Assembly (NCBI RefSeq): GCF_018350175.1
Contig: NC_058369.1
Location: 117,738,001 to 117,802,000 of the forward strand
Direction: 5' to 3'
Source: Felis catus
Taxonomy: Eukaryota
DNA length: 64,000 bases
The first letter of the stretch is position 1; each line of letters opens with the position of its first letter. Positions 53,006 to 63,830 of the stretch are shown here, piece by piece. The position numbers were made by a program, and so were the translations under genes. The notes below the pieces were generated by a model. It was not told the DNA's origin. It was given only the letters and a program-made list of their open reading frames with translations, and ran no database searches.

Positions 53006-53302
53006 TGCATTGGCCAATACAATAACCACTGGCCACACGTGTCTCCTGAGCACCCAAAACGTGAATTAAGATGTGCTGTGAGTGTTAGGTACCTATCAAA
53101 TACTGAAGACGTGGGGGAAAAAGAGAACATAAAAAAAAAATCTCACCATTAACTTTATATTGATTATATGTTGAAAAACTACTTCGGAGATACGGAGTTA
53201 AATAAAAAATGTTACAATAATTTTACCTGGTTTTTATTTTAAACGTGGCCTCTAGAAAATGTAGTCACCTAAGTAGCTCACAATCGTATTTCTATTGGAC
53301 GC
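53006..53302 (-). mobile_element. MER33-like hAT DNA transposon
   Basis: ccaatacaataaccactggccacacgtg...gatgtgctgt...tatattgattatatgttgaaa...atttctattggac. Confidence 0.8.
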
Positions 53303-54368
53303 AAATGGCGAAAAAAGTTCTGCAGAAGTACGGTTCAGTGATCCAACCGCCATCTTTTAGAAAGATACAGGATGCCAATATGCACAGACTGCTTGCCCAC
53401 GCCATGTCTACAGCCCCCATAAATGTATTTGTCTGCCCCTCTTCTAAGTTCTATCACACTCTCAGTGGTCACATAACTTCAGTCATTGCCCAGCGTGGCT
53501 GGATTGAGGCCGATTCCAGGGCAACAACACCCAGCTGTACCGAAAGGCAACGAACCTTCCTTCAGACTCGCACAGCCCGCATGGCTCAGAATTCTCTAAC
53601 TCCCCAACATCTGCAATGGATGGCCCCTGTTCCCAAGGATTCGCTCACACATCTGCGCCACACTTCATTTGAAAGGGATAGTCCCCATTTGGGACAGCTT
53701 CAAATATTGCCAGCTACCAAAAGGCCATGCCTACAGGACTCCCTTTATATGACTCTAGGCCATCTCTTAAAGTGCCCCCGGTGTGAGCGGACTGAAAAGG
53801 ATTGCTCTTCAAAAGGGCAGGGAAAATATGAGAGGAAGGATTATATCTGCCCGAACTGCCAAACCAAACTCCGAGAAGCAGGTCCTCCAGGGAGTGACTC
53901 AGATCCACATGATGTTTTCCAGAGACGATGTTTGCACGGGAGGAGGTGTACGCAGAGCTACCCAGACAAAGGCTACTCCACCTTTAACAGCCAGCCCACC
54001 CCACAGCACACGGGGACCTAGGGTCCCTTTTTCTCCCTGCTCAGAGCTGCATTCTCTCTCTGCCGCAGTCATTGGAAGAAATAAAACCCCCATAGTCAAC
54101 ATGAGGAGCAGAAGACACACTGTCTTTCCAATACAGGGCAGACACGGGGATGGCAGGAAGAAAAAGAAAGAAGGGAGTAGCAAAGGCGGTGGGAGCACAG
54201 CTCCCGTCACCCAGAAGCCACGAGTTCTAGTCCTCCGTGAGGGGCTCTCTCGGAAAAGGCAGACCTGTGTTCCCAGGCCCGTCTAGAACAGAAGGAAAGA
54301 GCTTCATTCTGGATTTGCCACTTGGCATAATCTTCTCCCTTTAGTGTCTATTGTTTAAAAGAAAAAAA

Positions 54369-54590
54369 GGGGCGCCTGGGTGGCGCAGTCGGTTAAGCGT
54401 CCGACTTCAGCCAGGTCACGATCTCGCGGTCCGTGGGCTCGAGGCCCGCGTCGGGCTCTGGGCTGATGGCTCGGAGCCTGGAGCCTGCTTCCGATTCTGT
54501 GTCTCCCTCTCTCTCTGCCCCTCCCCCGTTCATGCTCTGTCTCTCTCTGTCCCAAAAATAAATAAATGCTGAAAAAAAAAATTTAAAAGA
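54369..54590 (+). mobile_element. Young feline SINE
   Basis: CpG-intact head, (CT)n tract and A-rich tail. Confidence 0.96.
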
Positions 54591-55360
54591 AAAAAAGAAA
54601 GAAAGAAAAGGAAGAAAATAGAGAATGTCCTTTGAGTGGGGGCAGACCTGGGCTCCCTAAGCAGCTACCCTGCGTGCCCCAGACCAGGCACACAGGACAC
54701 ACTCGGGAAGCCACAGATGGCAATTAATTTCTCAAGGCTCACAAGGACTGAACTGAGCTACTAACTCCCGATTACTCCCTCAGAGATGACTAACACAGCC
54801 CTAGCCCAGCAGTTTTCATACTTTAAAATAATTTTCCGTAGAGTTCTCTTTAATCAACCTCAGATTCAATGTCTTCACAAAACTGAAGTCCCTTTCACGA
54901 CAGAGGAGTAGCCTCAATCCGAATTTTCCTCCAGGGATGAGAAGCCAAAATCCCAACTCTGAATGTGCCACGCTCCTGAACTGTCTTCATTTGTCTCCCT
55001 GAAATTTTTTGGCATGGCTCGCAAATCAAAACTTTAAAAGAAATGAAGGTGTAAGCATAAGAACAATGACCCTCATGAGTTGTTTAATTTTTACATCCTT
55101 ATTATGGAGGTGGAATTTAGGAAGCAAAAACTACACTTGATTACTTTAAAATCTACCTCCAAAGTCACTGCATTAAAGGGTGTTAGAAAGGGTGACATTG
55201 TAAGAACGTTTCATTGGCATGATTTGGGGGAGAGGGCTGACAGCATACAAGGAAGAATCGAATTTGAAAGAGAATTTGTTAATTTTTAAATGTCATCCAA
55301 GTAATTACAGTCATTATACCTCCCCATGTGCAGCAAAGAAGTACAAATATCAAGCTGTAC

Positions 55361-55369
<9 letters not shown>

Positions 55370-55413
<44 letters not shown>
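55370..55413. repeat. (TA)22 microsatellite
   Basis: Direct count. Confidence 0.97.
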
Positions 55414-55414
<1 letters not shown>

Positions 55415-56441
55415 TGTTAAAACATACACATGTGCACACAAACACACACAGCGAAACCAGATTTTAGACTTTAGCTCTTGCTTGCCAAGGTTCACCCTAG
55501 AGCAAATATTTACTGCGGAGTTACAAAGTTTTCCTAAAGGAGGACCAAAATGGAAGCGTTTACATATGCTGTGAGTACTTTATATGTGCAGGGGCCACAA
55601 GAAAGATATAGTTTAATAAAAACATTTATGGACTTTGAAAGCAAACACAATCCAAGAGGCTTGCACATGTGGGAAAAGATGGTATTTCAGCCTAACACGT
55701 TTTCTCCTAAAGATCCTTTGGCTGTTCCCAGTGAACAAGTCCCAGTTTCCACTGAGGCCCCGCTAATCCGTATTGTAAAACATTCACAGGAAACAAATAA
55801 AAGCACAATCCGACACTGCTCTTGGAGACAGGGGCAGGGATGTGGTTCTTCTCTCTCACACGCAGACAGAATCTTTCTAGAATTTAAGTCGCTGCGTTGG
55901 AGTTCTCTACGCTAAACCATCCCCCATCTCCTCCCCCACCCTGAGAATGTCTTTCTCAGTTTTCCTCTGCATTCTCCCAACCCATCAGCCTACCTCCCAT
56001 TCATGATCGCAAAATAAACCCAGTATTTGAAAAACAACCAGAAAAAAAAAAAAATACACTAGAGCGTATCCTCATTGTCTCAATGCCCTTGGCCCTTGTC
56101 TCCATTTCTTTCTCCGAGCCTGAAAACCCACCAAGTGTGCCTGGCATCAGAACCAAAGTTTTGCACTTCAAGTTAGCCGTTTGCACTCACTCCATGTTGC
56201 TTGGTCCCTGGGTCTTGGGGGTGTGCTAGCCTGTTCTCCATTAATGCTTTTGTACTTCATGCCCCCATGAACCCCAAGCTGCATCCATCTACCTCAGCGC
56301 TGATGACCAATTGAGAGCTTAAAAGAACAAAAACTCTGCCCCATTTACAAGTCAAGCAAATAGGAAAAGGAAGCAATGACGAGTTTGACAAACTTTTGCA
56401 AAGAGCTTGCGCCGCCTCGCTTCTCTATCCTTGGGCTCTAC

Positions 56442-56455
56442 CGCCCCCTGGTGGC
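56442..56455 (-). promoter_or_regulatory. CTCF core motif
   Basis: CGCCCCCTGGTGGC reads GCCACCAGGGGGCG on the minus strand, identical to the canonical CTCF core. Confidence 0.75.
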
Positions 56456-56849
56456 TTCTCCGAAACCAACGTGGCCGGGGCTCAGCTCCCCAAAGGTTCA
56501 AGAACCCTGCCCTCGAGGCCTGGGGCTGCGCTCTGGGACGTCCTAGTGCCAACCTGGGTGTGGGGAAGGAGGGGGCTGGAGGAACAGTGAACGTGGAGGG
56601 AAACGGACCTTCTGGAAACCCAGCCGGCAAAACCCATCCAAACAAAAGAACATCAGGCCTGAAACAAAAAATGCAGAGATCCTAAAACAGCCTTTTCATT
56701 TTACAGACGGGAAATTGAGGCCCAGAGAGATCATGTGACTTGCTGGGGGTCCCTGGTTCCTACTGACTGATCTCCCCACTGCCAGTTACGCAGCACTTTC
56801 TGGAACCACAGGGCTTGGGGGTCCAAGCCGGCGGAAAAGACAGAGTTGG

Positions 56850-57700
56850 CCTCGTTCGGTTGGAAGGGGCAAGGAGTGACCCGCTGGAGGGGCGAGCGGC
56901 GCGGGAGATGTGTCCTAGGCTTCCAGGACCCCCGTCACTGGGTGGGACAGAGTGCGGAGGCTCTCTGGCCACCTCGGCCCCGCGTGCGAATGCGCCGCGC
57001 CCCCGAACCCCAGAGCGGCCCGGCCCGGCTTCCCAGACCCCGGGCGGGCGGGCGAGCGAGACACAAAGCAGGCCCGGCGGGCGGCGCTCGGGCTTCGGGG
57101 AGGGCGGCGTGGGCTTGATTGATTGATTCACGCCGTTTAGCCCCCGCCGCGTCGCCGGAGGCGGCCTGTCCAGCTGCGGCCGCGGGCCTCGGGTGGCCGC
57201 GGGCCGGGCCCCGAGCCCCCTGCGTCCCCGCGCCCCCGCCCAGCGCCGGAGGGCCGCCGGGGCCGGGTGCGGGGGCTTGATTTACAGCCGCGCCGGACCG
57301 ACTCTAGCGAAATCACTTCAACCGGGAAACGGACTCCCAAGGCTCAGCCCGGAAGAGGCCCTGAAAGGGGGGCGGAGGGGGGCGAGGGCGGCGGCGGGGG
57401 CTGGGGCGCTGGCGGGCCTCAACTGCCCGCGCAGGCCGGGCTTCGGGGAGAGGCGGCCGCGCCGTTCCCGCCTTCTGCCCACATTTTCGCGGGGACCTGA
57501 GCTCACCGGAATGCTGGGGGCCGCGGCGGCCCTGCCCCCCCCCCCCCCCGCCCCGGGACCCGTTCCGCGCGCGCCCGCAGCTCAGTCCCTGGCCCTTTTC
57601 CACCCGGAGCCGCCAAGCCCCGAATGCAGCCGTCCCGCCGCGCAGGGGGCCAGATTCGCACCTTTGGGCTCGATTTTCCTGGGGGGAGAGCGAAAGAAAC
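56850..57700. promoter_or_regulatory. CpG island
   Basis: Very GC-rich and CpG-dense, with multiple GC boxes, G-tracts (57367-57420) and a C15 run (57535-57549). Confidence 0.95.
57507..57678 (-). other. Predicted non-coding (5' UTR or lncRNA) internal exon, 172 nt
   Basis: On the minus strand: branch-like CCCTAAT (57713-57719), tract tttctttcgctctcccccCAG|G, donor CCG|GTGAGC (57501-57506). No ATG inside. Confidence 0.5.
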
Positions 57701-59347
57701 TCACACTCAGAGATTAGGGAAAGGCAGCTGCTGGCTCCCTGTGGTCCTGGGCGAAGCCTTGGAGAGCCCCTAAGCCCCACCGCTGTCTAAACACAATTTG
57801 CCCCCTTTTTGCAGCGCAGCAAACAAACTTGAGAGAGCAGCGAGGCTGTGCTTGCAAAGCTAAGGTGCCCTTTTAAATCGCTTGGAAGTTTACGTTTCTG
57901 TGTTCTCTGCCTAAGAGAAATAAGCGCTCCCTAAAATGTTTGCTTTACCGTTAGACTGTGATGCTCTACGATCATAATTTTGCTTCGGAGGGAGAAAAAT
58001 TCAGATAGTGGATAAAATAAATGTACGGTTCGATTTGAACTAACAAATCCAAAGTGGTGGTTCGAAATTAAAAAAGAATCTTATTCAACTTTGTATGTTT
58101 ATGTGATGTGAGGTTGATCATAGAAACGGGGGTTAGTCAAACGTGCAGACCCTTGTGCTGCAGACACTAGGGATATGATGTTAGGCTAGGCAGTTACCCA
58201 CAGTTAGGAGGTCAGGGGCAGACGTGAGTCCTCGTGGGCACCCTAACCATTACTTCCTGACTAAACAAGTCAACCAACAGACAAAGCACAAGGAACAAAC
58301 CCACTGAGTCTGCCTTTTTGTAAGAGGAGGGCTTAATGGCTAGTTTTAAGATTTTTTTTTTAACTAATAAACACGCCTGTTTAAGGTCTGCTTTTAACTC
58401 CTGACTGCAAGTTTAAAATGCATAATGATGGAGTAGAGTGATCAAAAGTAAATGTAGAATTAGTCTGCTTGTAAAAAAATGAGTGAAGAAAACACGAAGT
58501 TTCCCAAGAAGAGAGCGGTCAACCTGTAAATGGCCTTACTTGCTACTTTACTTGCGTATTTCCTTCTTTCCTCCCTTCAGCCCTGTGCAAATACCATTAG
58601 CGCTTAGTCTGGCCTCGAGGTAGGAGCAGCACGAATCCCTCTCTTCCTGACAAATTCAAAGAGAAAGACAGATATTTTTATAAAAAGGAAAGCAGATAAG
58701 TGGAAGTCAATCTTTTCCAGGCTCCCATCCCCACAAGCCGCCGCCCGGGTTGGCAAAACAAAGGCGCTCCTTCCAATTACAGTGATTTACGAATGGAAAG
58801 AACGTCTTCCCTATCGAATCGGGACCCCAAAATAAGCCCCTGAAAAGGCTACCCTGTTCTAACGGCAGTTGGATCTAACCTCGGCCCCCCACGGGTCCAG
58901 CCAGACTCCGCTCGCGGGAAGACCGCTCGCTGGGAGGTTTAGCTTCACCCTCGATCTCGGTTTAATGTCTGAGGCCCTGAAGACACCCACAGAAACCGAG
59001 GCGCTTCTTACCCTTACTTTTTTAAGCCGCTTGGTGTTGTGCTTAAAGGCGAACACTTTGCTTTAAGAAAATGTGTTTTCAAACACTTTGGCTGGATGAG
59101 TATTTTACTCGCCAACTTTCCCGGGCAAAATCTCAAAAGTAAGTTTCACACTAAAGCAACAACCAACAAAGCTTATTTTCGTAATATGCAACTCCTTAAC
59201 AATGCGAGTACGTTCTCACTTCATTTGGCTATAAACTATAAAAGTGTTTGGTTTTCAATTTTTCTAAATTACTTGCGGGGCACGGGGGAGAGGGGGAAGG
59301 TGGCGGGGGAGGTAGGAAAGGCACCGAGACTGGAAAGAGATCCTTAA

Positions 59348-59361
59348 TGCCATCTGGCGGT
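59348..59361 (-). promoter_or_regulatory. CTCF-like motif
   Basis: tgccatctggcgg reads CCGCCAGATGGCA on the minus strand. Confidence 0.5.
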
Positions 59362-59789
59362 GCCATGCGGAATTTCGCTGAAGAAGCAAAATTTCCTGAC
59401 CATCTGTGCCTAGAGCGGGTTTCTCCAGGGAAAGTCTTGTAATTTTCCTCCTTTTGATATCAAGAGGGTAAACAGCCTCCTTCACGAAGGATTAATTTAA
59501 AAACAGAGATTCTCTGTGTTGGTGACAACGTAGAGGGAAATTCTGTCCACAGTTACACAGATTTCTATACTAAACCATCATATTCGTGCACGACGTATCT
59601 CGTTTTTTTGAAAAAAGAATACATTTATATACCAGTGACATACGAGTTTAGGAAAGGCCAAGGCAGCTGTAGAGTTGAACATTTTACTGCATTTATTTAG
59701 AGGATCCTGCTGGCAACTGTGCAATATCCATCACTGAACACGTGAGGGCGTGCTCAAGTATCTCCGGCCCTGGTAATATGACACCTTCC

Positions 59790-59930
59790 TTTATTTGCAT
59801 GAATTGCCTTGATTGGATGTTAGGCTTTCAAAACGTCAATTTTACGTAAAATTGTTGTCAACCAATCAGCAACCGGCCCCAGCGTGATTGGTTTCTACTA
59901 TAGGTGTCAATCATCTGAAATTTGCATACT
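59790..59930. promoter_or_regulatory. Dense TF-motif module (alternative promoter or enhancer)
   Basis: Octamers at 59793 and 59920; CCAAT/ATTGG at 59812, 59862, 59887; palindromic TTACGTAA; TGATTGACAC (minus) at 59904-59913. Confidence 0.7.
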
Positions 59931-61659
59931 ACTCCTTCGGTCGCTAGGAGCCTGTCAGTCGGCTGTGGCAGCTGGACAGGAAAGAATCCGACGGAGAAGA
60001 ATGAAAAATCACTTTGTTCTAGCAAAGCGAAAGAAAAGTATTATTTTCCTCGTTATTTTAAAATACATTTAAGCGTATATTTACCTAATAAAATAAAGAC
60101 ATTTAATTAAACAAAAACACGCAACTATCAAAGCCTTGTTTACTAATTGTATTTAATGTTTGCCGCTTAAAAATAGTGATGAAGAGTGAAAGGCAAAACA
60201 AAATGCAAAGACAATATTAATGCTAATAATTTCGTGTCGTAAACGATGATTTCAAACTTTAAAGTGAACATGAGGCTACTAAATAAAATTACTGTGATAG
60301 TGTAAAAGCACTGTTTTCAATTCTTAGGCAAGCTGAAAGCACTGCTTCAAAAGAAAAAAATGCACCAAGGGGAAAATTTAAAAGAACGTTATTTTGCTTT
60401 TAACAGTCACATATTTCTATCACTGCTTTTTATTTATTTACCGCGCACTCACAGACGGGACAGGACTTGAATGGAGCATCTGTAATACTTGTATTTGTAC
60501 TTTTGTTCCTCTCCTCCACACACACACACTCCAAAATGAAAACAAAAGGGAAAAAAAGCTCAGGGCCTACTAAGAGATATTTGCCAGTTTTAAATCTCAG
60601 AATTCGTAAAACCGAAGCTTTGATTTGCTAGCTACAAAATTCGACTAAGTTTACTGTAATTTAAAATATGCTCAGCGCTATAAGACTTTTATTATCTCCC
60701 TAAAATATATGCAAACACGAAGCAAGGTTCTAACAACTCGTGATACAAAAACACTCTCCAGCCTTTCTGCCCAGCCCCAACACGCCGAAGAAACTTGGCC
60801 GAAACGAGAATTTGGATGCAACAGGGCAACGGAGCAACGTTTCTCTCCTCCGCTAAGCCAGCCCTCGCCTCTGAAGAATTTTGTACTAAGCGTTAACAAC
60901 AGCACTGCAATAAGCTGGAGTTGTTTCTACGACATTAGCCAGATTGGGGAATTAATTTTAAACTTTACATTCAATAATCAGTGGGGGAGTTTCTTTGGTA
61001 TTTTGTTTATTTTTGACACTATTGTTTTAACTAGTTGCTACAAATTTCTACTTTCCTTTTTCCTTCCTCTTTCATTTTTTCTTCTTTCTCTCTTTTTTTA
61101 ACTTCTATTTATCTTGCTTTCTTCCTGTTAAGGATTATCACAGTGTTTCAGGTGTCTTCAAAGTTCGTCCTGATTTGCATGACTGCAGGACACCTTCAAG
61201 ATGTGCTTGTACCTGTGACTGCAGGGGAACCGGACCGGGCTTGGTCAGAGCTGCGAAAAAGTGGGGATGAGGAGTGTGGCGCACACGAAGGCTGGGTTCT
61301 GATACGACGAGTGATTTAGTGTGTGCTTTACAAGAAATGCACAAACCTACACAGCGGTAAAATTAAATCTCTTCCGGGATGGTTTTAAGTATCTTCTTCA
61401 GACACAGTAAAGCATGCCTTCTACTTCTCTTTCCTCTTTCCCCAATTAGCCTACTGCTGGAGACCCTTCGCACTAAATTGCTTCCAGACCGTCTCCCGAG
61501 CCCGTGAGTCGCAGTCTGTTAACTGTCAGCCCTTCTGAGTTAGCTGAAAATGCCCGCGAAGAAGACTACACCCACGGAGCGGGCAGAAGCAGCTTCAATT
61601 CGAACACTCATCGCCACTACTATCACCACCATCACTCCCACACTCCCAGCACCCCACCA

Positions 61660-61930
61660 CCACACAGTCTCACGCACGCGCACGCGCGCACACCTCCCCT
61701 TGCTGTCAATCATACACTCACGCCACAAAGCGCATGCGCACTGCTGGACTCTGGCCTCTACCGACGCCACGCCCCTTCCGTACGTCATCCATCCTGACAG
61801 ACCAATAAGAGGGTGGATTTGGGGGCCGGGCCACTAGGAAGCAGCCAATGAGAGCGCCGTTGGAAGTCAAGGATTGAGAGGAGTAAATCCTTCCATAGTC
61901 CACGTTCAGTCGCTCCCGCGATGATTTATG
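61660..61930. promoter_or_regulatory. TATA-less RNA Pol II promoter, probably firing leftward (minus strand)
   Basis: CTGTCAATCA (PBX-PREP/MEIS decamer) 61703-61712; NRF1 GCGCATGCGCA 61730-61740; SP/KLF CCACGCCC 61767; ETS cttccg 61775; CRE-like tacgtca 61781; CCAAT 61802 and 61845. Direction is inferred. Confidence 0.8.
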
Positions 61931-63234
61931 CCTCCCTTTTATTATTTGTAACACTTTGGGAAGTTATTAAAAGGAAGATCTACTGCTTCCTCTTTTTTTG
62001 GATGGAACTGGATGGCAATTTTGTCACTGGCCCTTATTAGGAAAGAGTGAGGCGCAGTGGAAGGTGGTTGGATGCGGGGTTTGTGTGGGTCCTGTTTTTT
62101 ATTACAAGACAGATTATCCTTTTCATTACAAGCTGTAGACAGGGCCAACTTAGAGTCCTCGTGGCCGAATGATCTTCAGTCTCAGGGAGCTGAAACCTGA
62201 TGCCTTTTGACTTTCTTGTCTGTATTCTTGGTGTTGGGAAGAGCCCCTGAGGAAGGTGTTGCAACCTTTGGTTGGGAGAAAAAGAAATAAGCAAACTCCC
62301 CCACCATCACCACTACCACCACCACCTCTGCCTTAACACCGAGTAAACCTCGGCCTTTTTCCGCTTGGATGCTCATTAAGAGTTAGTTGACTTTGTAGCG
62401 GATGCAATAAAACTTGGATGGTTTCAGGCCCCAAACAATCCTGGTTTCTGTTTTTCTCTCGCCCCAACCACACCCCCAAGGAAATTGCCTTTTCAGCAGG
62501 CGCCTGCGGGGGAAAAAACCGCAGGAGACAGATTCCCCTTGGAGACCTGCAGTTTGGGGAATGAGGGGAGGCGGGTGTGAGGGAAGGCGAGTATGGAGGT
62601 ATGGAAATAAATGGGGCCAAGGTAACAGTGCAGGGCGGTGAGGGAGGTCTTTCACATCTGGATTTGAATTTTCTGGTCAACTAACTAGAGGAGGAATCCA
62701 CAAACCTGCGGTACCTGGAGGACATACTGAGAAGTTAGTGGTCACCCACAGAGCCACTGACCACCCTGACCCTGGCTGGGCTTCTCTGCGGGGGACGATT
62801 AATCCCCGAGAGTGGAACAAGCAGAAAGGAGCCAAAAGGAAAAAAAAAAAGGGCGGGGGGGGGTGGAGAAACGGATTTAAATTTACTACTCCCGATCTCC
62901 AAATATAAATAACAGTTGCAAACGTAAAACACAATTCCAAGAAGCCAGAGGGGACAGTATGTTGTCTCTGTTCACTAGGTCACAGTCAGGAACTTCAGAC
63001 ACTCGCCTGGAAATTATTTTTATTGTTATGAAAATCCATACAGGAAGAGTTGCTGGAGGGTAAGGATGGGGTGATGAGAGACCTAGGGAGGAGTTAGAGG
63101 AGGAGGGTAGAAAGAACCAAGAACTGTTTGATCGCAGGGCAGAGTTGAAGGAAAACAAAACCGTGAACTTCAAAGCTCGAGCCTAATCCCCTTCAGGTTA
63201 ATTTCTGCTTCCTAAAAAGTTGATCAGGGTCATA

Positions 63235-63830
63235 AATCACCTGCCCCGCCCCCGCCGGTCCAGCTAGGTTCCCGAGAGGTTCTCTCGCCGCCGGCCGCCG
63301 CAGGGGCGCAGGGTGATTCTCTAACAGGAGGTCTTCTGAGGCCTCCCCAGACAGGAGGGCTTCTGGGCTGGGTGGGCGGATGGATGCGCGGGAATCAGCT
63401 TATTGGAGGAGGTAAGGGTCTCAGGGAGAGCTGGAAAGGGGACAGACCTGATTGTGGAGGTGGCCTCTGCAGATGCAGGCTCCACAGGGTCCTAAAGTAA
63501 AACTCCACCCTCAATGTGTCTGGAGTACTGTTTGAAGAAGGTTACAGCGTGTTTAGAGATTTGCAAAGCTCTGCCGAGCAGTAAAGATTAGAAGAAAGGC
63601 CTGCCTGAGATCTGTCAAATGACTTCCGGTAGCAGAGCCTCCTTTAAACTCGGGCAAGCCCTGCAGCCTCTGATCTTGGCTAGGTCCGGGCCTGTAACTC
63701 GCGCTAGACAGCGCGCTAGTGGCACCACTGGGCCAGGCGAGCAGTCTGGAGGGGGGCCCGCTTTGGGGTGTGATGGTAAAAGTCAAGTCAAGGTTTTTCC
63801 ATCGGCTTTTCTGCGCGAAAAGCCCCAGAT
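63235..63830. promoter_or_regulatory. Secondary CpG-rich regulatory patch
   Basis: GC boxes (ccccgccccc ~63244), ETS/GABP ACTTCCGG 63622, E2F-type GCGCGAAA 63813. Confidence 0.45.

Noticed and set aside
8802-54572. Family of similar short ORFs (MAQSVKRPTSAQV..., GAPGWRSRLSVRLQPG...)
   Set aside because: These are translations of SINE copies, mostly from non-ATG starts.
56760-57780. Overlapping Arg/Pro/Gly/Ala-rich ORFs in the CpG island
   Set aside because: Expected from stop-codon scarcity in GC-rich DNA; they occur on both strands and mostly lack ATG starts.
56850-61930. Assigning a gene symbol to the promoter region
   Set aside because: No coding exon or recognisable transcript sequence is present. 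The layout resembles distal non-coding first exons of several large genes and lncRNAs, which is not identification. BLAT or liftOver is required.
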